Assembly: GCF_006345805.1 (NCBI RefSeq)
Contig: NC_042999.1
Location: forward strand, 73,532,001-73,596,000
Length of the DNA stretch: 64,000 nucleotides
Direction of reading: 5' to 3'
Origin: Octopus sinensis
Lineage: Eukaryota
The position numbers and the translations under genes were made by a program. Of the stretch, positions 13,905 through 27,581 are shown one piece after another. The notes beneath the pieces are model-generated. The model did not search any database. It was given only the letters and a program-made list of their open reading frames with translations, and was not told where the DNA came from. Each line of letters begins with the position of its first letter. The first letter of the stretch is position 1.

Positions 13905-14905
13905 ATAATAATAATAATAATAATTGTGTACAGTGCTCAGGTGCACTACAACTCATCTAAAGTGTATATATAATCAGGTGTAGTTTCGGCGGATTTCGGA
14001 AAGCATGAGGGCCTTAAAGGATGCAGTGTCATGGCAGTCAACAACTGACGCAGGCAGTTTATTCCATGCTTCAGCAACTCTGAGCGTGAAAAAATGTTTC
14101 CGAAAGTCATGGGAGCTGTGTTGTTTTCTGACTTTGTAGGCATGTCCACGTGTGTTAGACACATGGAGATCAAAAAGGTGTTCAGTGTTGTTGTTGGTGA
14201 GGTGGTTGATAACCTTGTGGGTGTTTACCAAGTCCGTCGCCAGACGCCGGAGCTTCAGTGAATCCATGCCCAGGGAAACAAGGCGCTCAGAATATGGTAG
14301 GTGTCTGATGGAGGGTATGCGTTTGGTTGCACGTCTCTGAACAGATTCCAGGAGGTCGATGTTCTGAGCAAGATAGGGATTCCAAACTGATGATGCGAAT
14401 TCCAAGTGTGGTCGTACCATAGCTGTATACAGTTTTAAATAGATGGCTGGAGAGCGGCTAACAAAAGTCTTGCTGAGTGATGCCAAGACACCCTCGGCCT
14501 TCCTGACAATTTTAGAGATATGCTTTGTCCAACGCAAATCACTGCTGACAGTGATGCCTAGGTCACGCTCGCAAGAGGATTTCTTGATATCAGAGTTGTG
14601 GAGGGAGTATGTGGACGCAGGGTTTTTTCTCCCAAAATGCATGGTGGTACACTTGTCCACAGCCAGTTTCAGTTGCCAGTCTGTGATCCATTGCTGCATT
14701 GTGTCTAGGTCTGATTGCAGGAAAGAGTTGTAGACATCAGGATCAGTCCTCTTGATTTCAAGGTACAGCTTGATGTCGTCTGCATATTTCAATACTGTGG
14801 CATTCTTTAAATTGGCATCTATGTCATTAAGGTATGCCACAAACAGGAGGGGACCAAGGACAGATCCCTGTGGTACACCCGATGACATCTCATATGGTGT
14901 AGAGT
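13905..14905 (-). mobile_element. 5'-truncated CR1-like LINE with 3' UTR and (ATT)n tail, inserted in a microsatellite
   Basis: RT ORF, then a short 3' UTR (GTAGTGCACCTGAGCACTGTACACA), then (ATT)n. Confidence 0.9.
13974..14905 (-). CDS. Reverse transcriptase C-terminal half (CR1/L2-group LINE ORF2), ~310 codons uninterrupted
   Basis: GVPQGSVLGPLLF, YADDIKLY, ERDLGI, VRPHLEFASSVWNP, VQRRATK, FFTLRVAEAWNKLP. The first ~40 aa of the ORF-track call come from microsatellite/SINE sequence. Confidence 0.92.
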
Positions 14906-15191
14906 GCATATATGTATGCATGCATGTGTGTGTGTAAACATAGATTATATATATATAAACACATATATACATATATGTGAAGGTATGTGGCCTAGTTGTG
15001 AGGGTGTTGTATTCGCACACAATCACTAGATTGTGGGTTCAATTCCCATCATTCAAAAGCTAAAAACAATGCAAAAGCAGTGATCAGCAGTATCTAACAA
15101 CATCTGATAGTCTGATCAATATATACATATATCCATGTAGATATGTATAAATACACACACATACATGTGTACATGTACACATGTATATATA

Positions 15192-15427
15192 CAGAGTGGC
15201 CCAAATGTAGATTTCCAGTTGTCACATAGGCACTTTAAATTTCTTTTAAAACATTTCATTACATTTAAATTGCTATCTTACAAACTGAAAAGGGAGCTGG
15301 ACAAAATTAACTAAATTAGCATAGAATAAGGGTTTTATATTTTTTTTATAATTAAGACCTAAACTGTTAATATATGAATATGAAAAAGATAGTTGAATAA
15401 CTGTAAACCTACTTTTGGGCCACCCTG
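15192..15427. mobile_element. Tc1/mariner MITE
   Basis: TIRs CAGAGTGGCCCAAATGTAGATTTCCAGTT / AACTGTAAACCTACTTTTGGGCCACCCTG; TA on the left flank. Confidence 0.8.
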
Positions 15428-15466
15428 TGTATATATATATACATATACATAGAAGAGTTAAAGAAT

Positions 15467-15583
15467 AGAGTAGATAATATCCAGGCTACAAAATAATACA
15501 CAAGCGAGGTGTATCTTGGATATTTACCACTTCCGAGGATCCCCTCATTATGAAACATATGTAGCCTGGATATTATCTACTCT
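15467..15583. repeat. Perfect 24-bp inverted repeat, probably a Penelope-like inverted pLTR relic
   Basis: AGAGTAGATAATATCCAGGCTACA ... TGTAGCCTGGATATTATCTACTCT. The loop holds a degenerate CCGAGGA..GAAA-CATATG-TA hammerhead-like motif. Confidence 0.6.
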
Positions 15584-16014
15584 TGTATTTTATTCATATA
15601 CCCGGCAACCCTGGCTGCCTACCATGAAATATAAAATAATGTTTTTCAGCTTCTCATACTTCGATATGAAAAAAATTACATAACATTTCACTTCAATAAG
15701 CCACTATTGTTCCTATTATTTTCTATAGGCCGCTTATTATTTTCACTATTATTTTCTACAGACCGCTTGAAATTTACTTTCTTCCTAACCTCAATACTTA
15801 GATTTTACATTTATATATATGTATATGTGTATATATGTATATGTGTGTATATATATATTTGTATATATATATATATATATACATAATTGCTAAAGAGGAC
15901 AATAAACATTAAAGCAAGACAAACATCTCAAGTTATATACATTATTATTATTGGAAAAAATTAAAAAATCCCTTCTCAATTCATTAATCTATACCCTTCT
16001 CATTTTACCTATTT

Positions 16015-16053
16015 GTCTCCGATGACGGATTATCCCAGAAACAGCTGTAAGAC
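16015..16053 (+). ncRNA. Penelope-type minimal hammerhead ribozyme motif (U4C variant)
   Basis: GTCT-CCGATGA-C.GGATTATCC.CA-GAAA-CAGCTG-TA-AGAC: stem I GTCT/AGAC and palindromic stem III. It lies inside the inverted arms 15884-15950 / 16070-16133. Confidence 0.6.
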
Positions 16054-16424
16054 TTTCAATTTTTTTCCAATAATAATAATGTTATGATTTGAAATGTTTG
16101 TCTTGCCTTAACACTTGTCCTCTTTAACAATTAAATATCCACTATATTGAAAATCTGCAATGGTGCCATAACTACTGTCTCAACTATAACCTTGGAGTCC
16201 TAGTAATCTGTTACAGCACTTACCTTGCACACCTAGTCATTTAGATCACCTGTGAACTAAACCCCCATATTTTGTATGTATGTATGTATGTATATGTGTG
16301 TGTGTATATATATGTATATATATATATGTGTGTAAATATATATATATATATATATACATACATACATACATACATACATACATACATACATACATACACA
16401 CATATCATAGTGGGGTAGGCCAGT

Positions 16425-16612
16425 TTATGGGGTTACCCTGGATTTCTCACACATAAGGGGTTTAGCCTTACGGCATATCTTCAGATCCCAAACACTGCTG
16501 GCCTGAGACCTTCCCTATTTTAAAGAGGTCTCCGGCAAGCAGTGTTTGGGGTTTGAAGATACAACATAAGGCTAAACCCCTTATGTACAAGAAACCCAAA
16601 GTAACCCCATAA
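16425..16612. repeat. ~190-bp palindromic hairpin element (MITE-like); second copy at 17997-18184
   Basis: TTATGGGGTTAC..CATAAGGGGTTTAGCCTTA..ATCTTCA..CCCAAACACTGCT pairs with AGCAGTGTTTGGG..TGAAGAT..TAAGGCTAAACCCCTTATG..GTAACCCCATAA. Confidence 0.85.
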
Positions 16613-17034
16613 TATATATATATATATGGAGCAATCTTTATAAACCTACTAAATGTGAATGCATTATTAGACCAACAGATACTGCAGTATTCACCTAGAG
16701 AGGTCCTCACACATAGATATACAGTGCTAAAAGCACATACATATATTTTAGTTGATGTAGGTGTGTGTGCACATATGTGTTGTGTATTTGTATATATAAG
16801 TGTAATTTCACAGCTAAAACAATAAATTTGTCATAAATATTCACTCTGCAGTTATCTATATAATTTGTATATAATTTGTATATAATAGTTCCAAGAGATA
16901 GACATAGTTGCAAGAGACAACTAAAAGCAGTGGCATCAAGAGGAACATCCTGTCATAAAACACTGCCTCAAAAAGACCCATTCATGGAGAAGCAGACATA
17001 ACAAATACGACACTAGAGAAATATATATATGTAT

Positions 17035-17410
17035 AGGTGCAGGAATGGCTGTGTAGTAAGAAGTTTGCTTCCTGGCCATATGGTTCCGGGTTCAGTCCCA
17101 GTGTGTAGCACCTTGGACAAGTGTTTTTCTACTATAGCCTTGGGCCAACCAAAACCTTGTGAGTGGATTTGGTAGATGGAAACTGGAAGATGCCCGTTGT
17201 AGGTGTGTGTGTTTGTCACCCCACCATCGCTTGACAACTGATGTTGGTGTGTTTACATCCTTGTAAATTAGTGGTTTGGCAAAAGAGACAGATAGAATAA
17301 GAATTAGGCCCAATAGAATAAATCCTGAAGTTGAACTGTTCAACTAAAAGCAGTGCTCCAATAGAGCCACAGTCAAACGACTGAAACAAGTAAAAAAGAA
17401 AATAAAAGAT
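17035..17410 (+). mobile_element. tRNA-derived SINE family B (duplicate at 18604-18978)
   Basis: TGGCTGTGTAGTAAG A box, GGTTCAGTCCC B box, GACTGAAACAAGTAAAA tail. Other copies at 12588, 35720, 37375 and 56780. Confidence 0.8.
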
Positions 17411-17422
17411 TAATATATATAT

Positions 17423-17457
<35 letters not shown>

Positions 17458-17590
17458 CATAATTGCTAAAGAGGACAATAAACATTAAAGCAAGACAAAC
17501 ATCTCAAGTTATATACATTATTATTATTGGAAAAAATTAAAAAATCCCTTCTCAATTCATTAATCTATACCCTTCTCATTTTACCTATTT

Positions 17591-17629
17591 GTCTCCGATG
17601 ACGGATTATCCCAGAAACAGCTGTAAGAC
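17591..17629 (+). ncRNA. Duplicate of the 16015 hammerhead motif
   Basis: Identical sequence in the second tandem copy. Confidence 0.6.
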
Positions 17630-18993
17630 TTTCAATTTTTTTCCAATAATAATAATGTTATGATTTGAAATGTTTGTCTTGCCTTAACACTTGTCCTCTT
17701 TAACAATTAAATATCCACTATATTGAAAATCTGCAATGGTGCCATAACTACTGTCTCAACTATAACCTTGGAGTCCTAGTAATCTGTTACAGCACTTACC
17801 TTGCACACCTAGTCATTTAGATCACCTGTGAACTAAACCCCCATATTTTGTATGTATGTATGTATGTATATGTGTGTGTGTATATATATGTATATATATA
17901 TATGTGTGTAAATATATATATATATATATATACATACATACATACATACATACATACATACATACATACACACATATCATAGTGGGGTAGGCCAGTTTAT
18001 GGGGTTACCCTGGATTTCTCACACATAAGGGGTTTAGCCTTACGGCATATCTTCAGATCCCAAACACTGCTGGCCTGAGACCTTCCCTATTTTAAAGAGG
18101 TCTCCGGCAAGCAGTGTTTGGGGTTTGAAGATACAACATAAGGCTAAACCCCTTATGTACAAGAAACCCAAAGTAACCCCATAATATATATATATATGGA
18201 GCAATCTTTATAAACCTACTAAATGTGAATGCATTATTAGACCAACAGATACTGCAGTATTCACCTAGAGAGGTCCTCACACATAGATATACAGTGCTAA
18301 AAGCACATACATATATTTTAGTTGATGTAGGTGTGTGTGCACATATGTGTTGTGTATTTGTATATATAAGTGTAATTTCACAGCTAAAACAATAATTTGT
18401 CATAAATATTCACTCTGCAGTTATCTATATAATTTGTATATAATTTGTATATAATAGTTCCAAGAGATAGACATAGTTGCAAGAGACAACTAAAAGCAGT
18501 GGCATCAAGAGGAACATCCTGTCATAAAACACTGCCTCAAAAAGACCCATTCATGGAGAAGCAGACATAACAAATACGACACTAGAGAAATATATATATG
18601 TATAGGTGCAGGAATGGCTGTGTAGTAAGAAGTTTGCTTCCTGGCCATATGGTTCCGGGTTCAGTCCCAGTGTGTAGCACCTTGGACAAGTGTTTTTCTA
18701 CTATAGCCTTGGGCCAACCAAAACCTTGTGAGTGGATTTGGTAGATGGAAACTGGAAGATGCCCGTTGTAGGTGTGTGTGTTTGTCACCCCACCATCGCT
18801 TGACAACTGATGTTGGTGTGTTTACATCCTTGTAAATTAGTGGTTTGGCAAAAGAGACAGATAGAATAAGAATTAGGCCCAATAGAATAAATCCTGAAGT
18901 TGAACTGTTCAACTAAAAGCAGTGCTCCAATAGAGCCACAGTCAAACGACTGAAACAAGTAAAAAAGAAAATAAAAGATTAATATATATATAT

Positions 18994-19038
<45 letters not shown>

Positions 19039-19883
19039 TAAATATATGAACATATGCATTTTATGTGCATGTGTATACATATATGTACACACATATACAT
19101 GCATACATACATACACACATACATACATCCATCCATACATACATACATACCTATATAGCCATGTATTGAGAGGAATTCTTTGGAGTTTGGATAATTCACC
19201 CCTGGAAACATGGGTGTTTCATTGAACAACTTTAAACAATCCTTATTCAGGGACCTTTTGAGCGGGATGGGCTACTCAACCTGAAGAAAATTCCAACTGG
19301 GCCCCACCTGCAAAGTTATGCACTGTTTATCTTCATATGAGATCACCATGTCACACACATATGGTTGTGATGCACGTGCCTTGTCTACCTTTATCAGACA
19401 GATAGTCATGATGGGTATACTGGACTTTGAATATTTTACCCCAGTGTCACTTTGATGGCATGCACTGCCTTCTCATACATATGTACATACATACATGACA
19501 ATCACTTCACCATGATAGATGATAGTCATCTCAATCAATCTATATCATCCAGATAATCTGCATTACATATGTGTGTTCTGAGATGATTCTCAAGACCAGC
19601 AGTTCACCTGCAAGACTTCAAACAATTTTATTTTTTTAATAATTACAGTCAATGGATTGTGGTCATGCCAGACGACCACTGTAAAGGGTTTTAGTTGAAC
19701 AAATCAACTCCTGTACTTACTTTTAAGTTCTAGTATTTATTCTTTTGACCACTTTTGCTGAACTGCTAAGTTATGGGGACATAAACTGACAGTGATTGTG
19801 TGACTGTCAAGCAAACACAAAGACACACACACACACACACACATTTCCCTCCCTCTCTCTCTCTCTCCATATATATATATATT

Positions 19884-20210
19884 GAGGCGCAATGGCCCAG
19901 TACTTAGGGCAGCGAACTCGCGGTCGTAGGATCGAGGTTTCGATTCCCGGACTGGGCATTGTGAGTGTCTATTGAACGAAAATACCTAAAGCTCTACCAG
20001 GCTCCGGAAGGGGTGAAGTGGCGAACCCTGCTGTACACTTCCACCACAACTTTCTCCCTGTTTTTGTTGTACCTGTATTTCAAAGGACCAGCCTTGTTAC
20101 ACTGTGTCATGCTGAATTTCCCCGAGAACTACGTTAAGGGTTCACGTATCTGTGACAGGCTCAGCCACTTGCACGTTAATTTCACGAACAGGCTGTGCGT
20201 TTCTTTGGCA
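19884..20210 (+). mobile_element. tRNA-derived SINE family C
   Basis: GAGGCGCAATGGCCCAGT..TTTCGATTCCCGG head shared with 30040. The 3' half is shared with 53520-53660. Confidence 0.8.
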
Positions 20211-20679
20211 GAAAAAAAATGACCAGCCTGAAATATGTTTTAACACACGGTTTCACACCAGGAATGTAGCAACACAAATTCATAAATATATATAAACTTC
20301 TGCAGAGTTTATATAGCTTATATGTAGTTTATATGTAGTATGGTAATTTTATGCACTTTTATGTATCTTTCCAAACTGAGATTACTCTGACAGATTTTCC
20401 TACATTCAACATGAGTAACGGTGCCATATATATAGGAGGAAAATTATTATTAAATGCATCTCTATTTCACAAATTATGGCATTATTTCATGTGGCTTTAG
20501 CAATTACCTATTTTCAGTTTCACTAAATTGCCATGAATACAGTTCCTAAAGAGTAATAAAAATCAAGTGAAATACAATCACTGCGCGTGTTTAAGTTGGC
20601 ACTACAAGCCTCCGAACGTATGTGTGTGCGTATGTATGAAACACACACTATATGTGTGCGCGCGCGCATATCTGAATTT

Positions 20680-20737
<58 letters not shown>

Positions 20738-21761
20738 GTGTGTGTGTGTGTGTGCGTGTACCTTAGGATGTTCAAATTTACACGGTATGAGAATATTTTT
20801 TTTAAATAATTAAGCAGCAATAATAACACTTTGATCATAAACAATCAAATCAGAGAAAGTGATTTTAGTTTCTGATCTAAAAAACAGAGGAAAACAAATA
20901 AATAAATCTTTATCAATTCTGTAAAGCTACTTGTTTGGGATTTCTTTTTAATAGAAAATTAATGACCCACCAGGATTTTTTCTTTTTCTTTTTGACGCGA
21001 CTACTTTAAGCTGAGTCAACAGAGAAAGCTCTCACAAATCGTGCTTAACAAAACGAAAGGCCTGAACTGCAGTGAATAGATGGAAAGAAGCGAAAATACA
21101 CACTAAAAGTCCTGGACCGGAGCAGTTCGATAGTTAAAAGTAAAGGAAACTATTCCAATGAAACTATGTTTTTACTATGTGCGATGTGAATATTTTTATT
21201 TCTTCCTGTTCTTTTATTCTACTTTTACTGCTTCTTCATATTTGTGTAGTTTTTATTGAAATCCAGATTGTAAGCCATTTCCTTTCACTCATCTTCACTT
21301 AACATCGCCAGGAACCACTCTGGAGGAAATCATGCATGTTACAACCCATTTTTTAAAGGTTTCGTTAAATCTTAAACCCAATGTTTTCCATTACGAGAAA
21401 TTTATTCACTATCATAGTCATTACAATTTTTTTTTTATTACTAATGTTTCGAATCTTACTCGAGGCGAACTTTGTTATCTCTCCGACATCGATAAAATGA
21501 AGTACCAGTCAAGTACCGGGTCGATGTAATCGCCTGTCCCGACCCCTCCAAATTTCTTGTCTTGTGTGTACATCAGAAATTATCAAAACGGTAGAATAAT
21601 ATAAGCCTGACAGTGACAGTAATGATAGTGGGTAGGGACATTAATATCACCGATAAACCCTATAGAAAGGCACGAATGCTACAATCAACTCATTTCGCTC
21701 CTTGTGTGGGTGTTGAGTGAAACCTGTATATAAAATAAATAGAATAATTTATCTTATTTAC

Positions 21762-21885
21762 CTGTAGTATAAAATAAACCTGACATGGGTTTCTGATTCT
21801 TCAAATGTGGTGAATAGATGATGGGCTAGCTGTCAGTCGGACGGCAAGGAGGCTGCAAGCTACACGAAGAGAGAGTAACGTTGTT
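21762..21885 (-). other. Candidate host exon (5'UTR plus ATG at 21786, MSGLFYTT)
   Basis: Acceptor TTCTCTCTTGACCTGTTCCCCAG| and donor CAG|GTAAAT in unique CpG-retaining sequence. No homology recognised. Confidence 0.4.
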
Positions 21886-22129
21886 CTGGGGAACAGGTCA
21901 AGAGAGAATTTCTTTCTTTCCCCTCTTCCTATCCATCCCTACTCCTTCATACCCTTGCTTTACTGCTTTCTCTTATACAGCTAGCTTATTTATTCGTCCA
22001 CTCGCTCCTTTTCTCTGTCGCTCCCATCCTTTTTTTTTTCTTTTCTTCATTGAATTTTATATTCCCTATCATTTCACTCTTACTAATTGATTATTTTTCT
22101 CACCACATGTCTCAGCCTTACTTAACATT

Positions 22130-22535
<406 letters not shown>

Positions 22536-23158
22536 ACACCTTTTCTTATTTATTTCTCTTGCACTCACTACTTAATCTCCTATCTTTTCTCCTCCCCCGG
22601 TTCTGATAATCTCAGCTCTTGACTCCGAACTACCGAAATAGGCATGTTAAGTTGAACTAAGACTTGAAACTAAGGAAGCAACTTCGTAATGGGTCGAATA
22701 TCGTATACAGCTTTGTATGTAGCTGGGTATTTCCATGGTGTATGGTGTGCTTTCATATATCTGTGATTTCTCTATTGTATAAATGTACCGTCTGCGCGCC
22801 TTTAAGTGTATGTGCGGTATCTCTGTTGTGGGTGTTCTATGTGCAGTGTGCCTCACCTTCAAGCATATATGTAGTTTCTCTGTGTTGTATATATGCCTTC
22901 ATACGCACGCTTGGTTGGTGTTCCTCTGTTCTGTAGTGTGCACTATATGCTCGTCTTCGTATATGTGTGGTTTCTCTTGCACAGTGTATGCATTGTGAGA
23001 AGAGCGCATTTCTGTATTGTTTGCTAGTGCGCTTCTTCGAGTGCGTGAAGATTGCAATGTTGCGTGTATTCGTGTTCCTGCATCTGTTTATGTCCGAACT
23101 CGTGTCAGTGTGTATATGTGTGCGTCTGTGTCTCTCTCTCTCTATATATATATTTATA

Positions 23159-23199
<41 letters not shown>

Positions 23200-23947
23200 C
23201 TTTTTTGTGTTGAAGGAGTCGATAAATGCGTATTTTTAGTTTTACACACACACACATATGGGGGTGGGTATGTATGTGTACTTCTGACTTGTGTGTTCTG
23301 ATTGTAAATTGCATATTCCAGAATTTTATTTTTGAAAGTGATTCATCACTTTTTTCTTTTTTTTTTCCTATGCATCATTTTTCATTTTAGTAATAAAATA
23401 AGGACAAAAAAACAAACAATTCAAAACAATCCCCAAAAGATTTTGAAATGTCCAGGTTCGAACAAAAACAATACTTTCTCTTTTTTTTATTGAAAAACAT
23501 CTTATACGATTGCTTTCTACTCGCTGTTTCGTTTTGATACAAACGCAAGAAAGTGTGTGTGTGTGTATGTGTGTGAGTGTGTGCGTGCGTGTTCCTTGAT
23601 CCATGCCAACTATCCATGTTGGTGCAGGGCTGTTTCCAGAATCAGATGGGATGGTACCAGAAAAGATCATGTCTGTGTCTAGTAGTCAATCTCGGAAATT
23701 TATTGGATATTTTAGATTTACGTTTATGTTTTATTAAATGCTTGGTGCTTTCCGGAACTTATGTCACAATGGAAAGACAATTGGAACATAGATGCATATA
23801 CTTCTATGTAAATGTGTGAGTGCGTGTATGTATGTATGTGTGTGTGTGTGTGGTGTCAGGGTGTGCACGGAAATTATTAGTGATGCATCATTCGTTATCG
23901 ACTGATGTATTACTAACTACACATACATACATACATACATACATACA

Positions 23948-23979
<32 letters not shown>

Positions 23980-24130
23980 CGCATGCATATATACATGCCT
24001 GTATTCACATACCAAATGATGCATTACTAACAAATATATTCTTCAAAATACTTTGATACATATTGTGTATATGCATATATGTATGGACGAACATATGTAT
24101 CTATGTATAGCTAAAGATTCACACAATTAC

Positions 24131-24273
24131 CTAGGAAATAGGCAAACCTGTTTTAATTTCAGTTAACTACAAAAAAGGGGAAATGAAATAACGCAAAAAA
24201 AGGACTAAGTAACAATAGCGACAACAATAACACGAAAAGAAAATCTTTTCCTCATCCCCGTCTCCAGAACCAT
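24131..24273 (-). other. Candidate 5'UTR exon 2 with a 22-codon uORF
   Basis: Acceptor TTTTTTTTGCAG|ATG (24273) and donor TAG|GTAATT (24130). Preceded by a 74-nt AT-rich GT..AG intron (24274-24347). Confidence 0.4.
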
Positions 24274-24347
24274 CTGCAAAAAAAACATCGACACAATGTT
24301 TAACAATGTTAAAAGTATAATTAAATATAATTGTTAAAATAATTAAC

Positions 24348-24660
24348 CTGATGGAGATGATGAATAAGGAGGGGTTGCTACTCTTTCTATTCCTCTTTTA
24401 GTTCTTGCTACTCTTTCCTTCCGAATTACAGATTCCTTTCTCTAGCAACGCGATGAGACGAAGTGACACCCGGTTAGGGTAGAGACGTTGGCGTCGATTA
24501 TCACACACACACACACAAATACACGCGCGCGCGCGTACATATACACATGTTTCACAAACAGGCACTCAGCTTAAGTGGGAGCTGTTCGACATAAATGAGT
24601 CACAAAGCAAACTGGTAATTGATGTACCGCTGTGGACTGGCTGCGGCCGATATATAGGGA
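24348..24660 (-). promoter_or_regulatory. Candidate TATA/Inr promoter and first exon
   Basis: CTATATAT (24657-24650) in a CpG-rich context, Inr-like TCAATT (24622-24617; spacing a little long), donor CAG|GTTAAT at 24347. Confidence 0.35.
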
Positions 24661-24805
24661 CGAAGCCAAGTTGGAGGGGAGTGGTGCCGACAACGAACTA
24701 GGATGCCTGATCTTGTTTGTTTGTTTGTTTGTATGTATGTATGTATGTATGTATGTATGTATGTATGTATGTATGTATGTATGTATGTATGTATGTATGT
24801 ATGTA

Positions 24806-24849
<44 letters not shown>

Positions 24850-25184
24850 CGTGCGTGCGTGCATGTGTATATGTGTATGTCTGTATGTGTGCGTGTGTAT
24901 ATGTATATACTGTAGTAGTATTTAGGAGATAAACGGGAAATTCCCTGTTACCAGTTTCCTGTGTCCCTTGTAAATCAATGGCAGCTAACACAAGTATAGA
25001 ACTATAATATACAGTCAGTGTGCATATGTATGAAGTGAATATGTGCGTTAGTATGTATGCACTGGAAAGAGATGCTCAGTATGAATTTAACTGATGACTA
25101 AAACAAAATAAAAAAAACATGCATATGTGTGCATGTACATGTGTGTGTGTGTGTGTGTGTGTATGATTCATCACCTTTACATGC

Positions 25185-26900
25185 TTGCCTGTATTAGACA
25201 AGTCTTCTCAAGCCCAGTGTTTTGCCACTTGTCGTGCTTGTCGTCTTCATCCTCAAATTTCAGCCTCCTTAGATTAAACTTCCACAGTGCTTTCCATATC
25301 TTCCATAGGTTCCTTTTATTTCGACCACTTAAGGCTTCTTCTGCCATTTGTACCACATATCCTTACCAGGACAATATCCTCTGTTGCAAACTACATCTGA
25401 TTCATTTCATACTTAGTCGCTCTGTCAGCCCATTTGTGTTTTAGTATTCATGCATGCTAACATTACACATCAGGATTCAAAGCCCATGTTTCATTATCAT
25501 ACATCACACTATTTGCTCTTCAGTTGGAAAGAGAATCCTTTTACCAACAGAGGCAATAGTTCCCTAAACTTTTCCCACCCTTTTCCTATTCTCACTACTA
25601 TACTTCCAAAGCACCACATCCACTGGTATCAAGATCACCTTGGTAACAAGGCTATCAAAAACCAGCTATTTGATAAAAAATTACTTCAATAATATTCTTG
25701 CTGATAGCAACTTTGGTGCATCTGTTACGTATGAAAACCTTTTTCAATCAATCAGCTTGCCTATGACCCCTCTTGTGCACCTGTGATTTACAGTGGGTAT
25801 ATCATCATCATCAACATCATCATTTTGGTGTCCATATTTCTTTACTTGTATAGGTCACGTGGAATTTGTTGAGGTTAATTTTCTATAGTAGGATGCTCTT
25901 CTTGTCACCAATCCTTATCTGTTTCCAAATAAGGTAATATTTCCTCATGCCCAGACATGTTTTCATGGAAGATTGGAAACAAAGTGCTTGCATGACGGTG
26001 AAACTTGTATACAACCATCATGCAAAATCAAGGTAAGGAAACCGTAACACACATGCACACACACATCCGTGTGTGTGTATACAACAAGCTTTTTGCAGTT
26101 TCCATCAGCTAAATCCACTCACAAGGCTTTGGTTATCTTGGGGGTCCAAGATACTATGCAATGGGACAGAACCCAAAACCATGTAGTTGGAAACCAAACT
26201 TCTTACCATGCAGCACAATTCCAACATACTCCTTTTTCCGCATATTCTAAGTGGCCACTTCCCTGATGACAGTATGATCCTGTTCTCTTTTCTTACTAAC
26301 AGAATGTTTAATCTTTGCTAGGTTTACTTTCAGGTCTTTGAATACTAGGGTTTGATTTTACATTTGGAATTTCTCGAAATTGTCAACAGATTCAGGTATA
26401 GGAGTCAGGTCATCAGTATACAGAGTTTCCTTACAAACTGCTGGTCTTACTTCTGTTATGGTTAGGAGTACTATAATAAACAGGAGGTAGTTAGAAAGGG
26501 AGCCTTGATGCACACTGCCTGTACACTAAATTCCTCACTGAAATCATTATCAACTCTGATTTTGCTGATAGCATCTGTATAAGCCATTTATCTATAAGTA
26601 GTTTTCTTGACAACCAACAAACTACAGAGTATAACATGTCAATGGATACTCCAGACCAATAAATGTTCTTAGTTAAGAATTATTGTAGCTGTCTTCCTAG
26701 GTCGTATGTTGTCCTGACACAAACCCAAACTAAATCTCATCTAAGCATCTCTTCTTCATCAGTTGTGGTATAACTCCTTTTTATTACTTTCATCCATTGG
26801 TCCCTCAGTTTGATGCTTCTATGGCTGCTTCTGCTTCTTCTAGATCTTCTCTCCTGTCATTACAGTAGCTGATGATAACATGCAATACCAGTCATTGCTA
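25185..26900 (-). pseudogene. Decayed RTE LINE interrupted by SINE/repeat fragments at ~25800-26220
   Basis: Reverse strand shows GTGTGCATCAAGGCTCCC (VHQGS), CTGTATACTGATGACCTG (LYxDDL) and GGGAAAAGTTTAGGGAACT (W.KFREL), matching the 63179 RTE. Confidence 0.7.
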
Positions 26901-27063
26901 TAGACAGCTCCCTGTATTACATGACAGATTTTGTAGTTTACTAGTACATTCCCTATTTTACTATATATTTTTAGCCTCTCAGACACTAATTGTGATGGTC
27001 CAGCTGTTATATATATGTGTGTGTGTGTATACATGTGTGTCCCTATGTATGTGTATATATATG

Positions 27064-27111
<48 letters not shown>

Positions 27112-27581
27112 TATATGCACGTGTGTGAATGTGTGTGTATATTTATATATATATATATATATAGATAGATAGATAGATGGATAGATAGATAGATAGATAG
27201 ACAGACAGAGAAAGAAACATATACACACATATATACACACACATATATACATACATGCACATATACACATCATCAACATCATCATTGTAACATTTACTTT
27301 TCCATGCTCGCATGGGTCAAATAAAATCTGTAAAGGCAGATTTTCTATGGCCAGATGCTCTTTGTGTTGCCAACCCTCACTGATTCCAAGGAAAGTAATA
27401 TTTTCCTATAGATGGACATACTTTCATTAAAAACTGGAAATATAAGACAGTGCTTGTGCGACAGTAACACTCATTTTACAGCTCTCATGCATTATCAAGA
27501 CAAACACAAATATTCAACCAATTGCAAACACATATAGTATTTTGTGTTTGGAATGAGTTTTCATCGCTAGCTAGTGATTAT

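Larger units (their letters stand above)
15862..19030 (+). repeat. Near-identical ~1.57-kb tandem duplication (15862-17437 / 17438-19030)
   Basis: Offset 1576 at AATTGCTAAAGAGG (15885/17461) and 1569 at the duplicated ORFs (17013/18582). Differences seen are only microsatellite/homopolymer lengths. Junctions lie in (TA)n. Confidence 0.95.

Noticed and set aside
14152-14937. Plus-strand ORFs; likewise 63322-63651 (-)
   Set aside because: Antisense shadows of RT genes.
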